Assembly: GCF_036365525.1 (NCBI RefSeq)
Contig: NW_027140453.1
Span: 1,178,001 to 1,242,000 of the forward strand
Direction of reading: 5' to 3'
Source: Heterodontus francisci
Lineage: Eukaryota
DNA: 64,000 nt
In this document: positions 12,582 through 24,534 of the stretch, one piece after another
Position numbering within the stretch: the stretch's first letter is position 1
Layout: each line of letters starts with the position of its first letter
Notes under the pieces: generated by a model
What the model was told of the DNA's origin: nothing
The model's database searches: none
The model's input: the letters and a program-made list of their open reading frames with translations, nothing else
Made by a program: the position numbers and the translations under genes

Positions 12582-13042
12582 AAGACTCAAGGCACAGAAA
12601 TACACGGCCGAGTGATTCTCCCGCAGGCCGGAGGAGTCCAGTTTGAACTCGGAGTCAGTCGGTCTCTCGGCGGTGAAACCATCCAGTGTCCCCTCTGAGT
12701 TCACCCTCTGTACAGTTAGGGAGTAAATCATCAGCTGCGGCTCCGTCCCCGGGTATTGTCTGTACCAGTACATGTAAGGGTTACTGGTGCCATCCACGGT
12801 GCATTTCAGCTTCATCTGCTCCCCAGGAGATTTGGAGACAACGGCGGGAGTTGGTGGATAGTCTGTGAGTTCACATCTGGGAAAGAGACAGGGAGAGGAG
12901 GAGATCAGTAAACAGGGAATTTCAGTAAAGTGGGAGAGAGAAAGAAGTAAAAACAAAACCTAAAGAAATGTTAAGTAGAATTATTGTTTCAATAAAATTC
13001 CTTACGGTGAAACAGGGTGATCAGAGTCTGTAACAGATACAT
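12582..13042 (-). pseudogene. TRBV: V6: family-2 TRBV with a 1-bp frameshift in FR1. Leader 13042-13006, V exon 12876-12582
   Basis: GAGTTGGTGG here versus GAGTCTGGTGG in paralogs at ~12851; RSS 12543-12581 is CACAGTA-23-ACAAAAACC. A sequencing error cannot be excluded. Confidence 0.85.
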
Positions 13043-14413
13043 CTTTTACTTTAAGCTGCCCTCTGAATCAGCAAAGGGGAGAGAGCAGGAGTGATGAGTG
13101 TTGTCAATAACCAACCCACACTTTACAAATCATTGGGAGGAACAGGGAGAGCATTAGGAAGTGAGGCAGAGATGGTGACGTTCATTTCCCACATCAACAA
13201 ATGAGAATCGAGTTGTCAATGTCCCAATTTCTCTCTCAGTCTCTCTCTCTTTCTTTCTCTCTCTCTCTAAGGAGGTGATTGTCCTTCTCCTGGTCATGTA
13301 TATCAACCTGGAGGACTGTATGATCTCCCACTGTTTGAGTTATCCTATGAACTCCTTCTCAAAGCCATTGTGCATCACATGGTCCTAGAGCGTCCTCAGC
13401 TGTCCCTGTGGTGAAAATATACACAGTGTCAGTCTATAACAGCCCCACTCCTTTTATTGTTATTCTTTCCTGACAGTTACTATCCTGAGATCACGGGATA
13501 TTCTTATTCAATGAGCTGGAAAATGAATAGACACGGATACATAGCAGTGCATGTGTGTGCGTGTATTTTTCACTCGCTCTGTCTTTAGATCACTGACCCC
13601 CTCTGTTTTACTGCTCTCTGTCTTTCTGTCCCTGTCTCAGTCTTTGTGAGTGTGTGTGTATGTGTGTGTCTGTTTCCCAATCTGTTTCAGTCTCTTCCTC
13701 TGTCTTTTTTTTGTTTTCTCTCTGGTTCTTTCTTGGCCCCCCTCTCTGTCCTCCTCCCTCTCCTCTCTCTCCTCCTCTCAGTCTCAATCGCTCTGTCTCC
13801 GTCTCTCTGTCTCAGTCCCTTTGTCTCTGTCAGTTTTCCTCTCAATCTTGTTCTCACCCTCTCTCACACACTCTGTCTCCCTCTCTTTGTCTCTCTCGCT
13901 GTGTGTGTGTGTGTGTGTGTGTGTGCGTATCCCTCTTTAAGGTGATGAATGTCCTTCTCCTGTCACTGTGTATGAAGCTCGAGGGCTGCATGACCTCTGC
14001 CTCTTTCTGTTTTCCGATTAAATGTTTTCTCGTCCATTGTGTATTAATGGTCCTGGAGCGCCCTCTGTTAACCCTATAGAGGAAGAAAACTCAGTGTCAG
14101 TGCAGAAGAACTCAAGTCGTTTTATTGTTAATCTTTCCTGATAGTTACAACCTCAGGTCTGGTGTTATCCTTGTTAATCATTCAGAGAGAGATCGAAAGT
14201 TTTACCGCACAGATGGAGTCCGTTCGTTGTCTCTTCGTCAGTGCCTGTACATCTATTATCTCACTTTTATTCTCACTTGTCCTCTTATCATCACAAAAAC
14301 AATCGCCCTGCACAAAAACCAAGCGGCAGCACCGAGCACCTTTATCCTCCACAGGTGTTTCCTGCTGCCTTTGGGGTTTTTGTTGAACTTCTCCATCTCT
14401 CTGAGTCACTGTG

Positions 14414-14887
14414 AAGACTCCAGGCACAGAAATACACGGCCGAGTGATTCTCCCGCAGGCTGGAGGACTCCAGGTTGAACTCCGAGTTACTTGGTCTCTC
14501 GGCGGTAAAACCATCCACCTCTTCTGGAGATACGAGATTGGCACCCGTGGAGTAAAACATAAACTGCGGCTCCTTCCCCGGGTATTGTCAGTACCAAAAC
14601 ATGGCAGGGTTACTGCTGCCCTGCACGGTGCATTTCAGCTTCACCTGCTCCCCAGAATATTTGGAGACAGCAGAGGGAGTCTGGTGGATAATCTGTGAGT
14701 TCACATCTGGGAAAGAGACAGGGAGAGGAGGAGATCAGTAAACAGTAACATTCAGTCCAGAGGGGAGAAAGAGGAGAGAGAGAGAAAATCAAAGAAAAAT
14801 AAAACGAAAGAAATGTTAAGTATAATTGTTGTTTCAATAAAATGCCTTACGGTGAAACAGGGTGATCAGAGTCAGTAACAGATACAT
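14414..14887 (-). pseudogene. TRBV: V7: family-2 TRBV with in-frame stop (WY*Q). Leader 14887-14851, V exon 14706-14414
   Basis: AGA>TGA at 14588-14590; RSS 14375-14413 is consensus CACAGTG-23-ACAAAAACC. Confidence 0.9.
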
Positions 14888-15529
14888 TTTTTACTTAAGC
14901 TGCCCTCTGAATCAGCAAAGGGGAGAAAGCAGGAATGATGAGTGTTGTCAATAGCCAACCCACTCTTTACAAATCATTGGGAGGAACAGGAAGAGCATTA
15001 GGAAGTGATGCACAGATGGTGACGCCCAGGTAAACAAGTCAGAGTGGAGTAGGTTGTCAATGTCTCTCTATCTATCTCAATCCGCCTTCCTCTCTCTTTC
15101 TTACTCTTTGTTCCTCACTCTCTCTCTCTCTGCATGTATCGAGCTTTATGTCTCCCACTCTTTCAATCTCTTTCTCTCTATATCTGTGTGTGTGTGTGTA
15201 TTTTTCTCTCTCTGTCTCCCTCTGTCCCGTTCATTTATGTTGAGTTTTTCCTCTCTATGTCTCCCTGATTCACCCTCTCTGTCTCTGTGTTTCATGGGCT
15301 GATGTATTGAGAAATAGAGGGCACTTATTGAAGGTAATTGGCAAAAGATCCAAAGGTGAACTGAGGAAACGTTTTGACACAGTGAGTGGTGAGGATCTGG
15401 AATGCACTACCTGAGAGTGCGGGGGACGCATGTTCAATCGTGGCTTTCAAAAGGAAATTTGGATAATTATCTGAAGGGAAAATGTGCAGTGTTATGTAGA
15501 AAGGGCAGGAGGAGTGGGACTAGCTGCAG

Positions 15530-16090
15530 AGACCAAATACAGCAACAGGGTGACAGCATTGTGGAACATCCTGCATTCAGGCTGCAAGAGTGACCCTGAG
15601 ATTCCGGTTAGTGGACACTTTTAATTCTCATTCCCACTCCCACCCTGACCTCTCTGTCCTCGAACTCCTTCTCTGCTCCAATGAAGCTCAACAGAAACTC
15701 GAAGAACAGCACCTCATCTTTCAATTGGACACTTTACAGCTTTCTGAACTCAACAGTGAGTTTAACCATTTCAGATCATAACCAATGCTCCGGTTTATTT
15801 GGACAGAGGCTTGTTGGTAATGATTGTGTTTCTGCCAGTTCTGCCTCTTCTAGTCCCATCTTTTGTTCTTTACTTGACCCATTAACTTCCCCTTTGTCTT
15901 GCACCAGCCTCAGTTTTGTTATTAAATCTCTTTTGCATTCCTCCCATTCCCCGTCTCCCTGACTTTGTGCTGCTTAAAAGTTAATAGATCTCTAAATCCT
16001 TCCAGTTCTGTTGACAGATCTACGACCTGACATGCTAATGTTATTTCTCCCTCCACAGAGGCTGTCTGATCTGATTAACATTTCCATCCT
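15530..16090 (+). mobile_element. Penelope-like element fragment, duplicate of 9870-10430
   Basis: Nearly the same GIY-YIG C-terminal translation (ORF 15590-15781). Confidence 0.7.
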
Positions 16091-16386
16091 TATTTATTTA
16101 TAACCCAGAAAGGCAACGAGCACCAATATAGTGACAGAGCGCCCAGAACCTAAACCATCCAGCATCTGTGGTACCTTGTGTTCAGTTCACCAGTCTGTAA
16201 CAGGGATGTAGTTATTTAATTATCAGGAGCGGTTCATAGACAAGTTTCAAAGTCCCTATTGAAACATCATCAATAATCTGATACTTATCACGGTCCTACA
16301 CCGCCGTCTGCTGTCCCTGTGGAGAAAGACAACACTGTCAGTGAATAAACCACAACAGTGTCTGTATATCTATTTACCTATCTATC

Positions 16387-17011
16387 NNNNNNNNNNNNNN
16401 NNNNNNNNNNNNNNNNNNNNNNNNNNNNNNNNNNNNNNNNNNNNNNNNNNNNNNNNNNNNNNNNNNNNNNNNNNNNNNNNNNNNNNNNNNNNNNNNNNNN
16501 NNNNNNNNNNNNNNNNNNNNNNNNNNNNNNNNNNNNNNNNNNNNNNNNNNNNNNNNNNNNNNNNNNNNNNNNNNNNNNNNNNNNNNNNNNNNNNNNNNNN
16601 NNNNNNNNNNNNNNNNNNNNNNNNNNNNNNNNNNNNNNNNNNNNNNNNNNNNNNNNNNNNNNNNNNNNNNNNNNNNNNNNNNNNNNNNNNNNNNNNNNNN
16701 NNNNNNNNNNNNNNNNNNNNNNNNNNNNNNNNNNNNNNNNNNNNNNNNNNNNNNNNNNNNNNNNNNNNNNNNNNNNNNNNNNNNNNNNNNNNNNNNNNNN
16801 NNNNNNNNNNNNNNNNNNNNNNNNNNNNNNNNNNNNNNNNNNNNNNNNNNNNNNNNNNNNNNNNNNNNNNNNNNNNNNNNNNNNNNNNNNNNNNNNNNNN
16901 NNNNNNNNNNNNNNNNNNNNNNNNNNNNNNNNNNNNNNNNNNNNNNNNNNNNNNNNNNNNNNNNNNNNNNNNNNNNNNNNNNNNNNNNNNNNNNNNNNNN
17001 NNNNNNNNNNN
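16387..17011. other. N run (gap or mask); others at 8171-8385, 26549-26833 and 45383-45518
   Basis: N characters, each adjoining a microsatellite. Confidence 0.98.
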
Positions 17012-17295
17012 CTTCACACATTAAACCCTTTCAGAATCTCTCTAAGAACACTAAAGGTTTATCCTTCAGTCTTCTCTTCTCTGGTTCAGACTACTTTGAT
17101 CGCTATAACTTCTCAGTATCGGTTTCATTCCTCGAAATTCTATCTCGCAATTTTCCACTGTCTCTAAATCGAATCTCTTTCTCTTTAAATCCGCCCTGTC
17201 TTCTTGTGAAAAACATGTTCCCAATGACAAAAACACCCAGCAGGACGCAGCACCGTCTGGGTTTATCTGAAACAGGTGTTTCCTGTTGCCTTTGG

Positions 17296-17334
17296 GGTTT
17301 TTGTTGAACTGCTCCATCTCTCTGAGTCACTGTG
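17296..17334 (-). promoter_or_regulatory. 23-RSS of V8
   Basis: CACAGTG, 23-bp spacer, ACAAAAACC. Confidence 0.95.
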
Positions 17335-17787
17335 AAGACTCCAGGCACAGAAATACACGGCCGAGTGATTCTCCCGCAGGCTGGAGGACTCAAGGTTGAA
17401 CTGGGAGTCAGTTGGTCTCTCGGCGGTGAAACCGCCCACCGTCCCCTCTGGATCTACATAGTTAGCAGTACTGGAGTAAAACATCAACAGCGGCTCCTTC
17501 CCCGGATATTGTCTGTACCAGTACATTCTAGCAGTACTGGTGCCCTCCAATGTGCACCTCAGTTCCACTGCCTCTCCACGCAATCTGGAGACTGCGGCGG
17601 GAGTCTGGTGGATAGTCTGTGAGTTCACATCTGGGAGAGAGATGGAGAGAAGAGCAGATCAGTAAACAGGAAACTTCTGGGAATGAAAGGGAGACAGGGA
17701 GAAGAGAGGAACGTTATTAAAGATAGTTTTTGTATTTCACACTCACTTACAATGAAACAGGATTATCAGACCCAGTAACAGATACAT
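17335..17787 (-). CDS. TRBV: V8: family-2 TRBV, apparently functional. Leader 17787-17751, V exon 17630-17335
   Basis: Leader MYLLLGLIILFH; intact V ORF to YFCAWSL. Confidence 0.93.
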
Positions 17788-18882
17788 CTTTCACTACAAC
17801 TTGTTCTCTTAATAGACACAGGAGTGAGATCAGGAGCTTAGAGTCTTGTAACGGTCCAAATCCACTCTTTTCAAATCATTGGGAAGAACATGAAGAGCAT
17901 TAGGATGTGATACAATGTTGGAGACGCCCATTCACCCAGTTCAACAAATCAGAATTGAATTGGCTGCCAATCTGCTTCTCTCTCTCTCTATCTATCTCTA
18001 TCTCAGTTTACCTTCCGCTCTCTTGCACTCTCTCTCTGTCTCTCTCTCTCTCCCCTCATGTGTCTAGGTTTATGTCTCCCACTCTCTTCCTTTCTCAGAC
18101 TCTCTCTCCCATTCTATCTCAGTTTATCTTCACTCACTTTCTCTCTCTGACTCTCTGTCTCCTCATGTATCTAAGGTTATGTCACCCATTCCCTCCTTCT
18201 CTCTGACTCTCCCTCTCTCTTACTCTTCTTATCTCTTCAGTTTTTTCCCCTCTCTCTGTCTCTCTCTAGATCTATCTCCCTATCTGTCGCAGGTTCTTTA
18301 TCTCAGTCACTCTTTCTCTCTCAGTGTCTCTCTCTCTCTCATTATGTGTCTCTTGCTGTCTCACTGTCTTTGCCTCTATCTCCGTCTCCCTCTCTGTCTC
18401 AGTCTCTTTAACTCGACCTGTCGTTTTTCCTCTCTCTCACTGGATCTCGCTCTCTCTTTCACACACATACACTCTCTTTCTCTCTCTAAAGGAGTGGGTG
18501 TCCTTGTCCTGTTGATGTATATCAAGCTGGATCTACATGGTCTCCTGCTCTCTTAGTTTTCTCACTAAATCCTTCTCAAAGCCATTGTCCGGTCTATGGT
18601 CCTGGATCCCCCTCTGCTGTCCCTGTGGAGAAGGTCAACACAGGGTCAGTGTATGAATACCCAGATTATTGTCATTGATTCCTGATAGTTACATTCTGAA
18701 ATCTCGTGACATCTTTATGAATCGTTCATTGCACCCTCGGCAGTACCTGTAAATCTAGTGTGTCACTACAATCATAACTCAACTCTTTTTATTGCAATAA
18801 ACACTTTCACTCTGAATAAGGGAACAGTAGGTCGAGGTACCGATCAATTTTATCTGAAACAGGTGTTTCCTGCTGCCTTTGG

Positions 18883-19006
18883 TGTTTTTGTTGAACTGCT
18901 CCATCTCTCTGAGTCACTGTGAAGACTCCAGGCACAGAAATACACGGCCGAGTGATTCTCCCGCAGGCTGGAAGTCTCCAGTTTGAAGTCGTATTTATTT
19001 AGTCTT
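18883..19006 (-). pseudogene. TRBV: V9: 5'-truncated family-2 V relic with intact RSS (not in ORF track)
   Basis: RLNKYDFKLETSSLRENHSAVYFCAWSL followed by CACAGTG-23-ACAAAAACA (18883-18921); upstream part replaced by LINE sequence. Confidence 0.9.
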
Positions 19007-19009
19007 TGG

Positions 19010-19970
19010 GAGTAGATAGAGAGAAACTATTACCGCTGGTTTGGGAATCTAGGACTAAGAGGCCAAGACTAAAAATTAGAGCCAGACCTTTCAGGAGTGA
19101 AATTAGGACACATGTTGACACACAATGGGTGGAGAGGTTTGAACTCTCTTCTGCTAACGGAAATTGATGCTGATTCAATTGTTAATTTGAAATCGGAGAT
19201 GGATAGGTTTTTGTGATCCAAAATAAATATTAAGGGATGTGGGGCAAAGGCGGGAATATGGAGTTAGATCACAGATCAGCCATGGTCTCATTGAATGGTG
19301 GTACAGAATTGAGGGCCTGAATGGCCTGTTCCTGTTCCTGCCTTTGTCTTAGCAGTTTCTGCTGGCAGTGAATTCTGTATTTTGGGTAAAGAATTCTCCT
19401 CAACTCCCTATCGGATTTCAGTTTTTCTCAGCTTTTATTCTCTGTTTTATTCCTATCCTCTTCGTCCCCTAGTCTTTGTACAATCAGCTAATGGGAACAG
19501 TTTTTCTTTGTCTACTTTATCTAAACCTCTCTTCATTTTGTACACTTCTGTCAAATCTCCCCTCAATTTCCTTTGCTCCAAGGAGAACAACCCCAGCTTC
19601 ACCAAACTAACCATGCAGTTAAACTCTCTCATCCCTGGAACCATTCCAGTAAATCTCCTCTGTACCCTCTCAAGGACCCTACATCCTTCCGAAAGTGTGG
19701 TGACCAGAACCGAGCTCAGTACTCAAGTTGGGGCCGAACCAGAACCTCATATATGTTGAGCATAACCTCCCTGCTTTTGTACTTTATACCTCTATTCATG
19801 AATCCCAAGATCCCATAAGCTTCGTGAACCTCTTTCTCCATATGTCCTGCCACCTTCAAAGATCTATGCACAATAACCCCAGGTCCCTCTGTCCTTGAAC
19901 ACTCTTTAGGCCTGTGTCATTAAGTCTGTATTTCCTCTCTGTCTCCCTTCTGCCAAAATGTATCTCCTGA
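19010..19970. mobile_element. CR1-like LINE 3' fragments in both orientations
   Basis: LGLFSLEQRKLRGDLTEVYKMKRGLDKVD translation typical of the CR1 ORF2 C-terminus. Confidence 0.8.
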
Positions 19971-20869
19971 CAACAATGCAGTTCACTGTTAACTGCCTCT
20001 GAAATGGGCTAGCAAGTCATTCAGTTCAGGGCAATTCGGCATAGGTAATGAATGCTGACCTTGTCAGTGATGTGCACATCCCTGAATGTGTGTATTTTAT
20101 ATAAAATTATTCCTTCTCCATTTTTCTTTCACTGTTTTCTGACTTTGCTTCCCCTCTTTACTTCCTTCAGATCATCTGTTTTGGTATCTCACAAGTGTTG
20201 CTCAAACCATTCACTATGAACGAGCAGACTTGGGAAAATCCAGTTGTCTATTTTGTGTGGAATGGTTATGATTTGAATCTGTTTCAGAGTTCGTGGAATT
20301 GACTATTAGGTCGATTGGTCAAGTCACTGCTGCATTGCTCGCTCAGTCTTCACAGAAGCAAGTGGGACTCAGGCTGCGGTGGAGCTCCATCCCCATCTCG
20401 TGGTTGTAATGTGTAACTACAGGCACCTGAGAATTGCACAGTGCAATTGATGAAATAGGCATTCTGAAGACATGCTTTGAAATTGCTCCGTCTTCCCATT
20501 TTTTATACATTGCTTCGGCTGGTGATGCTGGTGACATCGAATTAGATAGAAGATGCAGAACAAATTCCGATGGGACCATGTTCCAGACTAGGCTGGAGCA
20601 GATGGCAGTGTAGTTGGCATGTCACTGTGCGAGCAAACCAGAGGCTGGGGTGAATCTCCAGGGGACATGCGTTCGAATCCCATGAGGTCAGATGGTGGAA
20701 TTTAAATTCAATTAATGAATAAATACAATTATTTCATTGGAAAATCTGCAATTGAATGCTAGTCTCAGTTAAGGCGCCCTGACACCCAGCTGGCTCACTC
20801 ATGTCTTTTAGGGAAGGAAATCCGCCGTCCTTACCTGGTCTGGTCTACATGTGACTTGAGACCCACAGA

Positions 20870-21600
20870 ACACAAGAAATAGGAGCAGGTGTAGACCATA
20901 TATCCCATCGAGCTTGCTCCGTCATTCAATGCAATCATGGCTGATCTTGGGTTCCAATTCCACTTTCCTGCCTGCTCCCCATATCCTTTGATTTCCTGAG
21001 GGATCAAAAATCCCATCCTTAAATGTATTCAATGAAGGACCATCCACAACACTCTGGGATAGAGAATTCCAAAGATTCACAACCCTTTGAGTGAATTCAT
21101 TTCTCCTCATCTCAGTCCGGAATGATTGATCCCTTATCCTGAGATTTCTCGCTGCCTCATTTCTTGAAAAGCCGTGTAACATTTGTCAGCTTTCAATCCG
21201 ATGGGACCATTCCTGAATCTAAGGAATTCTGGAAAATCATAACCAGCGCCTCCACTCTCTCTGCAGCTATCTCTTTTAGAACTCTGGTATATAATCCATC
21301 TGTTCCAGGGGACTTGTCAGATTTTAATCCCTCGAGTTTCTCCAAGAATTTTTCTCAATTGATATGAATATCCTTAATTTCCTCACTTTTTTTAGCCCCC
21401 AGATTACTGCCTATTTTTGGTATGGAACTTGTGTCTTCTACTGTGAAGACAGGCACAAAATATTAGTTCAATACCCCTGCCATTTCCCCATTCCCCATGG
21501 TGATTTCTCCTGTCTTTACCTCGAAGGAACCAACGTCAACTTCAGCTACACTTTTGCTTGTTATGTAAAAGCTCCTACCATCTGTTTTTATATTGCTGGT
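20870..21600 (-). mobile_element. CR1-like LINE fragments
   Basis: FRTEMRRNEFTQRVVNLWNSL translation. Confidence 0.7.
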
Positions 21601-22506
21601 TAGCTTATTCTCATATTGTATTCCCACATCTGATGAAAGAACATAAACAATGTCTTCATCCAGCCCTATCAGTATGACGTGCTATTTCCTGCTCCCTTAT
21701 TTTTTTTATCCAGCATCCATTTACATATATCTGGTTATACACATCATTTCTTTCTGTGTGCTAGCGGATTCCACATTCTCACTACTCTGTATAAATTCAT
21801 TTCTTGGAGTTATTAGTGAGTATGATGTATTCCTGGCCTTCCCTACAAGTGCAGGCATCTTCGCACCTCTACCCTATCATATTCCTTCATAATCTTGAAC
21901 ACCTCTATCAGGTCACCCCTCAGCCTTCTCTTGACTGGGGAAAGGAATCCCAGACTTTTCAATCTTTCCTGATAGTTATAACCTTTGTGCTCTGGTATCA
22001 TTCTTGGAAATCGATTTTGCACTTCTGCTCATTACCTCTCTGTGTAATATGGAGACCAGCACTGTGCACAGCACTGCAGATTTGGTCCAACCAAGGTCGA
22101 TGGAGACCAGAACAGTGCACAGGGCTCCAGAAGAGCTCTAAGTAAGGTATTTGTAAGTATGAACTGTCCTCAGCACTTCAGGCGTCGTCTACACAAGGCA
22201 TATCGAGCTGAGAATTGTGCACAGTTTGCACAATTGTCCAGGTGTGGTCTATCTGAGGTTCGGGTTGAATTGTATTTCTAAGGGCCATTATTCAGGTGTG
22301 GGCACAGAGAGTGTGTGTTGCCTGTCTGGAGGTTGTGGGGAGTTAGAACATGGGCGTTCTGCCACTCGAACGGGCACTGAACAGATGCAGGTCCGCATCC
22401 GATCACCCAGGGCTCCTCTACACCGAATGCTGGGTTAAATGCACCCGTTTGAAGGGAGACGTGTGAGGGTTTTTGTCAAGGCGGCCAATGACTCTGAACC
22501 GCTGTG

Positions 22507-23388
22507 TCCCATCACCAGCTGCACAGAAATACACCGCCTCGTCCGTGGCGTTCACACTCTCGATCGTCAGAGTGGATTTCTTATTGTCCAGAGTCCTGGT
22601 AATAACAAACCCGCTCTTAAAACCATCTTCATGCTGAGGTTCCGAAGAAGGGTCACTGACCCGAAACGTTAACTCTGCTTCTCTTTCCACAGATGCTGCC
22701 AGACCTGCTGAGTGAATCCGGCATTTCTTGTTTTTGTTTCAGATTTCCAGCATCCGCAGTATTTTGCTTTTATTATTCATACTGAGGATCATTGCTTAGA
22801 AAGTTAAACCCGATTAACAGGAATCCTCTGCCGGGGGACTGACGATACCAGTACATGTAGTTGCGAACTGTTCCTTCCTGCAGACAGTTCATTTCCACGG
22901 GTCCTGGTTGTTTAACAGCCAGTGACTGAGGCCATTGATGTATCACATCACCCCGGCAAACACCTAGAAAGAGAAATTAGAGGGAATGAACTAGTATCGA
23001 TGGAGTTACAATTGCGACGATGGACGTCGGTGTTGCACCGAATTAACGACGGAAATTCGGTCTGTGTCCTAATTTCCTACAAGTACCTGGATCTTTACAA
23101 CTGTAAAATAGAATTGTGGAATCCACAAGCTTGCAAGTGGGTGCAAACATTAAAGAGTTAACATCATAATAATAACACTTGTCTTCCCAAACTAGGGGAC
23201 AGATTAATGAGTTCACTGTCTTATATGAAATAATCGATTACTGATTTAACAAGTCACCGCTGCTCAGTTTTATTGAGATCATTAATCATCCCTTTCAGTT
23301 GATCAAATGTAGAAGAGTGATTGGGACAGAATTTTGACCTACTCAGCGCCAGAAGGGAAATAGCAAAGACGATGAAACTGAAAGGCAT
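22507..23388 (-). pseudogene. TRBV: V10: TRBV-like segment (family 3) disrupted by an insertion. Leader 23388-23343, V exon 22963-22507
   Basis: Removing the insert and one TSD gives DVIHQWPQSLAVKQPGPVEMNCLQEGTVRNYMYWYRQSPGRGFLLIGFNFLSNDPQYEDGFKSGF...VYFCAAGDG; RSS 22468-22506 is CACAGCG-23-ACAAAAACC. Confidence 0.92.
22640..22775 (+). mobile_element. 136-bp Penelope-derived element with hammerhead-like motif, inserted in the V10 exon
   Basis: TSD TTCAT(G/A)CTGAGG at 22628-22639 and 22776-22787; CCGAAGA-AGGGTCACTGACCC-GAAACGTT-AACT. Confidence 0.85.
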
Positions 23389-24139
23389 GTTTGCGGTGGA
23401 TCTGAGAGACTTTCTGCTGGTTACTCTGGGTTTTAAGGGAGGGAGAGAGATGAGGTGTAGGCAGAGCGGATCGTCATAAGAGGAAGTTATCTCAAGGCAA
23501 TGATCCCCGCCCCTACCTTTAAGTTGTCTCCCATTCTTTTGTTCGCTTCCTTCCGCCCCTTTCCACTTGTTTCTTCTCTCCATTTCCCTCCGTCCACCCC
23601 ACTTTCTACTCTGCTGCCAATATCTTCACTCTCTTCCCTTTGTGAGCTTGCTTTCATGCTGAATCGAGGGAAATTTTGAAGGTAGCGAGGTGTTGGAGAG
23701 GGTAGGTGAAAAAAACAAGGGGCGGTGCAACGATAGCTGCTTTGAGTGACTCCAGAGCTTATGGCGCACAACAGGGGATTATTAACATCCTTTTGCAAAT
23801 TAAAATCAGTAGTGGAGGAAGAGAAGGTGGATAGTTCGATGGCAGCGGAGGCGGCTCATATAACATCACTGTAAAGTGGAAATCTAACTGCATTTAGCCT
23901 TTAAAGTGAAAAGATTGCGGAAGCAGAGGAATTGACTCATTGATCAGCGGCGCCAAAGCCTGTGGTGGCGCGAAATATAGTGGAGCCACTGCGCCGACCA
24001 GTGGCAGCATGGTGCAACTGCAACAAGCTGTGTTTGTTACTTTCCCAGTGAAACCCATGCTGTGGGCTTCTTCAAGACAATTCCCGAAATTCATCCTCCT
24101 TCTCAGTGTTTCATCCTCTCCTGCAGAGGATTATTACCC

Positions 24140-24530
24140 GCAGAATTAACGATACAAATTCAGTCTTTGTCCTAATTTCCTGCCAGTATCTGTACAGATG
24201 TAAAGCAGAAGAGTGAAATCTACATGAGCAAAAGTGGGTGTAGATGTTATATGGTTAACAGTATATTCTTCACACTTTTGTTGCCAAAAAAGGGGGAACA
24301 GATTAATGAGTTCAATGTCTTATATTCAATAATTGATTGCTGATTTCACAAGTCACCGCCGCACAGTCTTGTTGAGATCATTAATCAGTTGATCAAATGT
24401 AAAACAGTGATTGTGACAGAATTTAAACATACTCAGCGACAGAAGGAAAATAGCAAACGTCGATGAAATTGAATGGCATGTTTGCGGCGGATCTAAGACA
24501 CTTTCTGCTGGTTGCTCTGGGTTTAAGGGA
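24140..24530 (-). pseudogene. Orphan leader exon and intron of a family-3 V; V exon absent
   Basis: Homologous to ~23040-23435; leader at ~24433-24479 carries a 1-nt insertion relative to V10. Confidence 0.75.
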
Positions 24531-24534
24531 GCGA

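Larger units (their letters stand above)
8690..19006. repeat. Segmental duplication of a three-V block (V4-V5-V6 versus V7-V8-V9), about 5.7-6.3 kb offset
   Basis: ~9050-10740 matches ~14710-16386 and ~11375-12500 matches ~17630-18840. Confidence 0.85.

Noticed and set aside
20343-20579. ORF repeated at 63137-63355, suggesting a conserved small gene
   Set aside because: Similarity is explained by the inverted duplication; no recognisable domain or convincing exon structure
24025-24066. Possible RSS (CACAGCA...ACAAACACA) next to the orphan leader
   Set aside because: Spacer is 20 bp and the adjoining sequence does not translate as a V end
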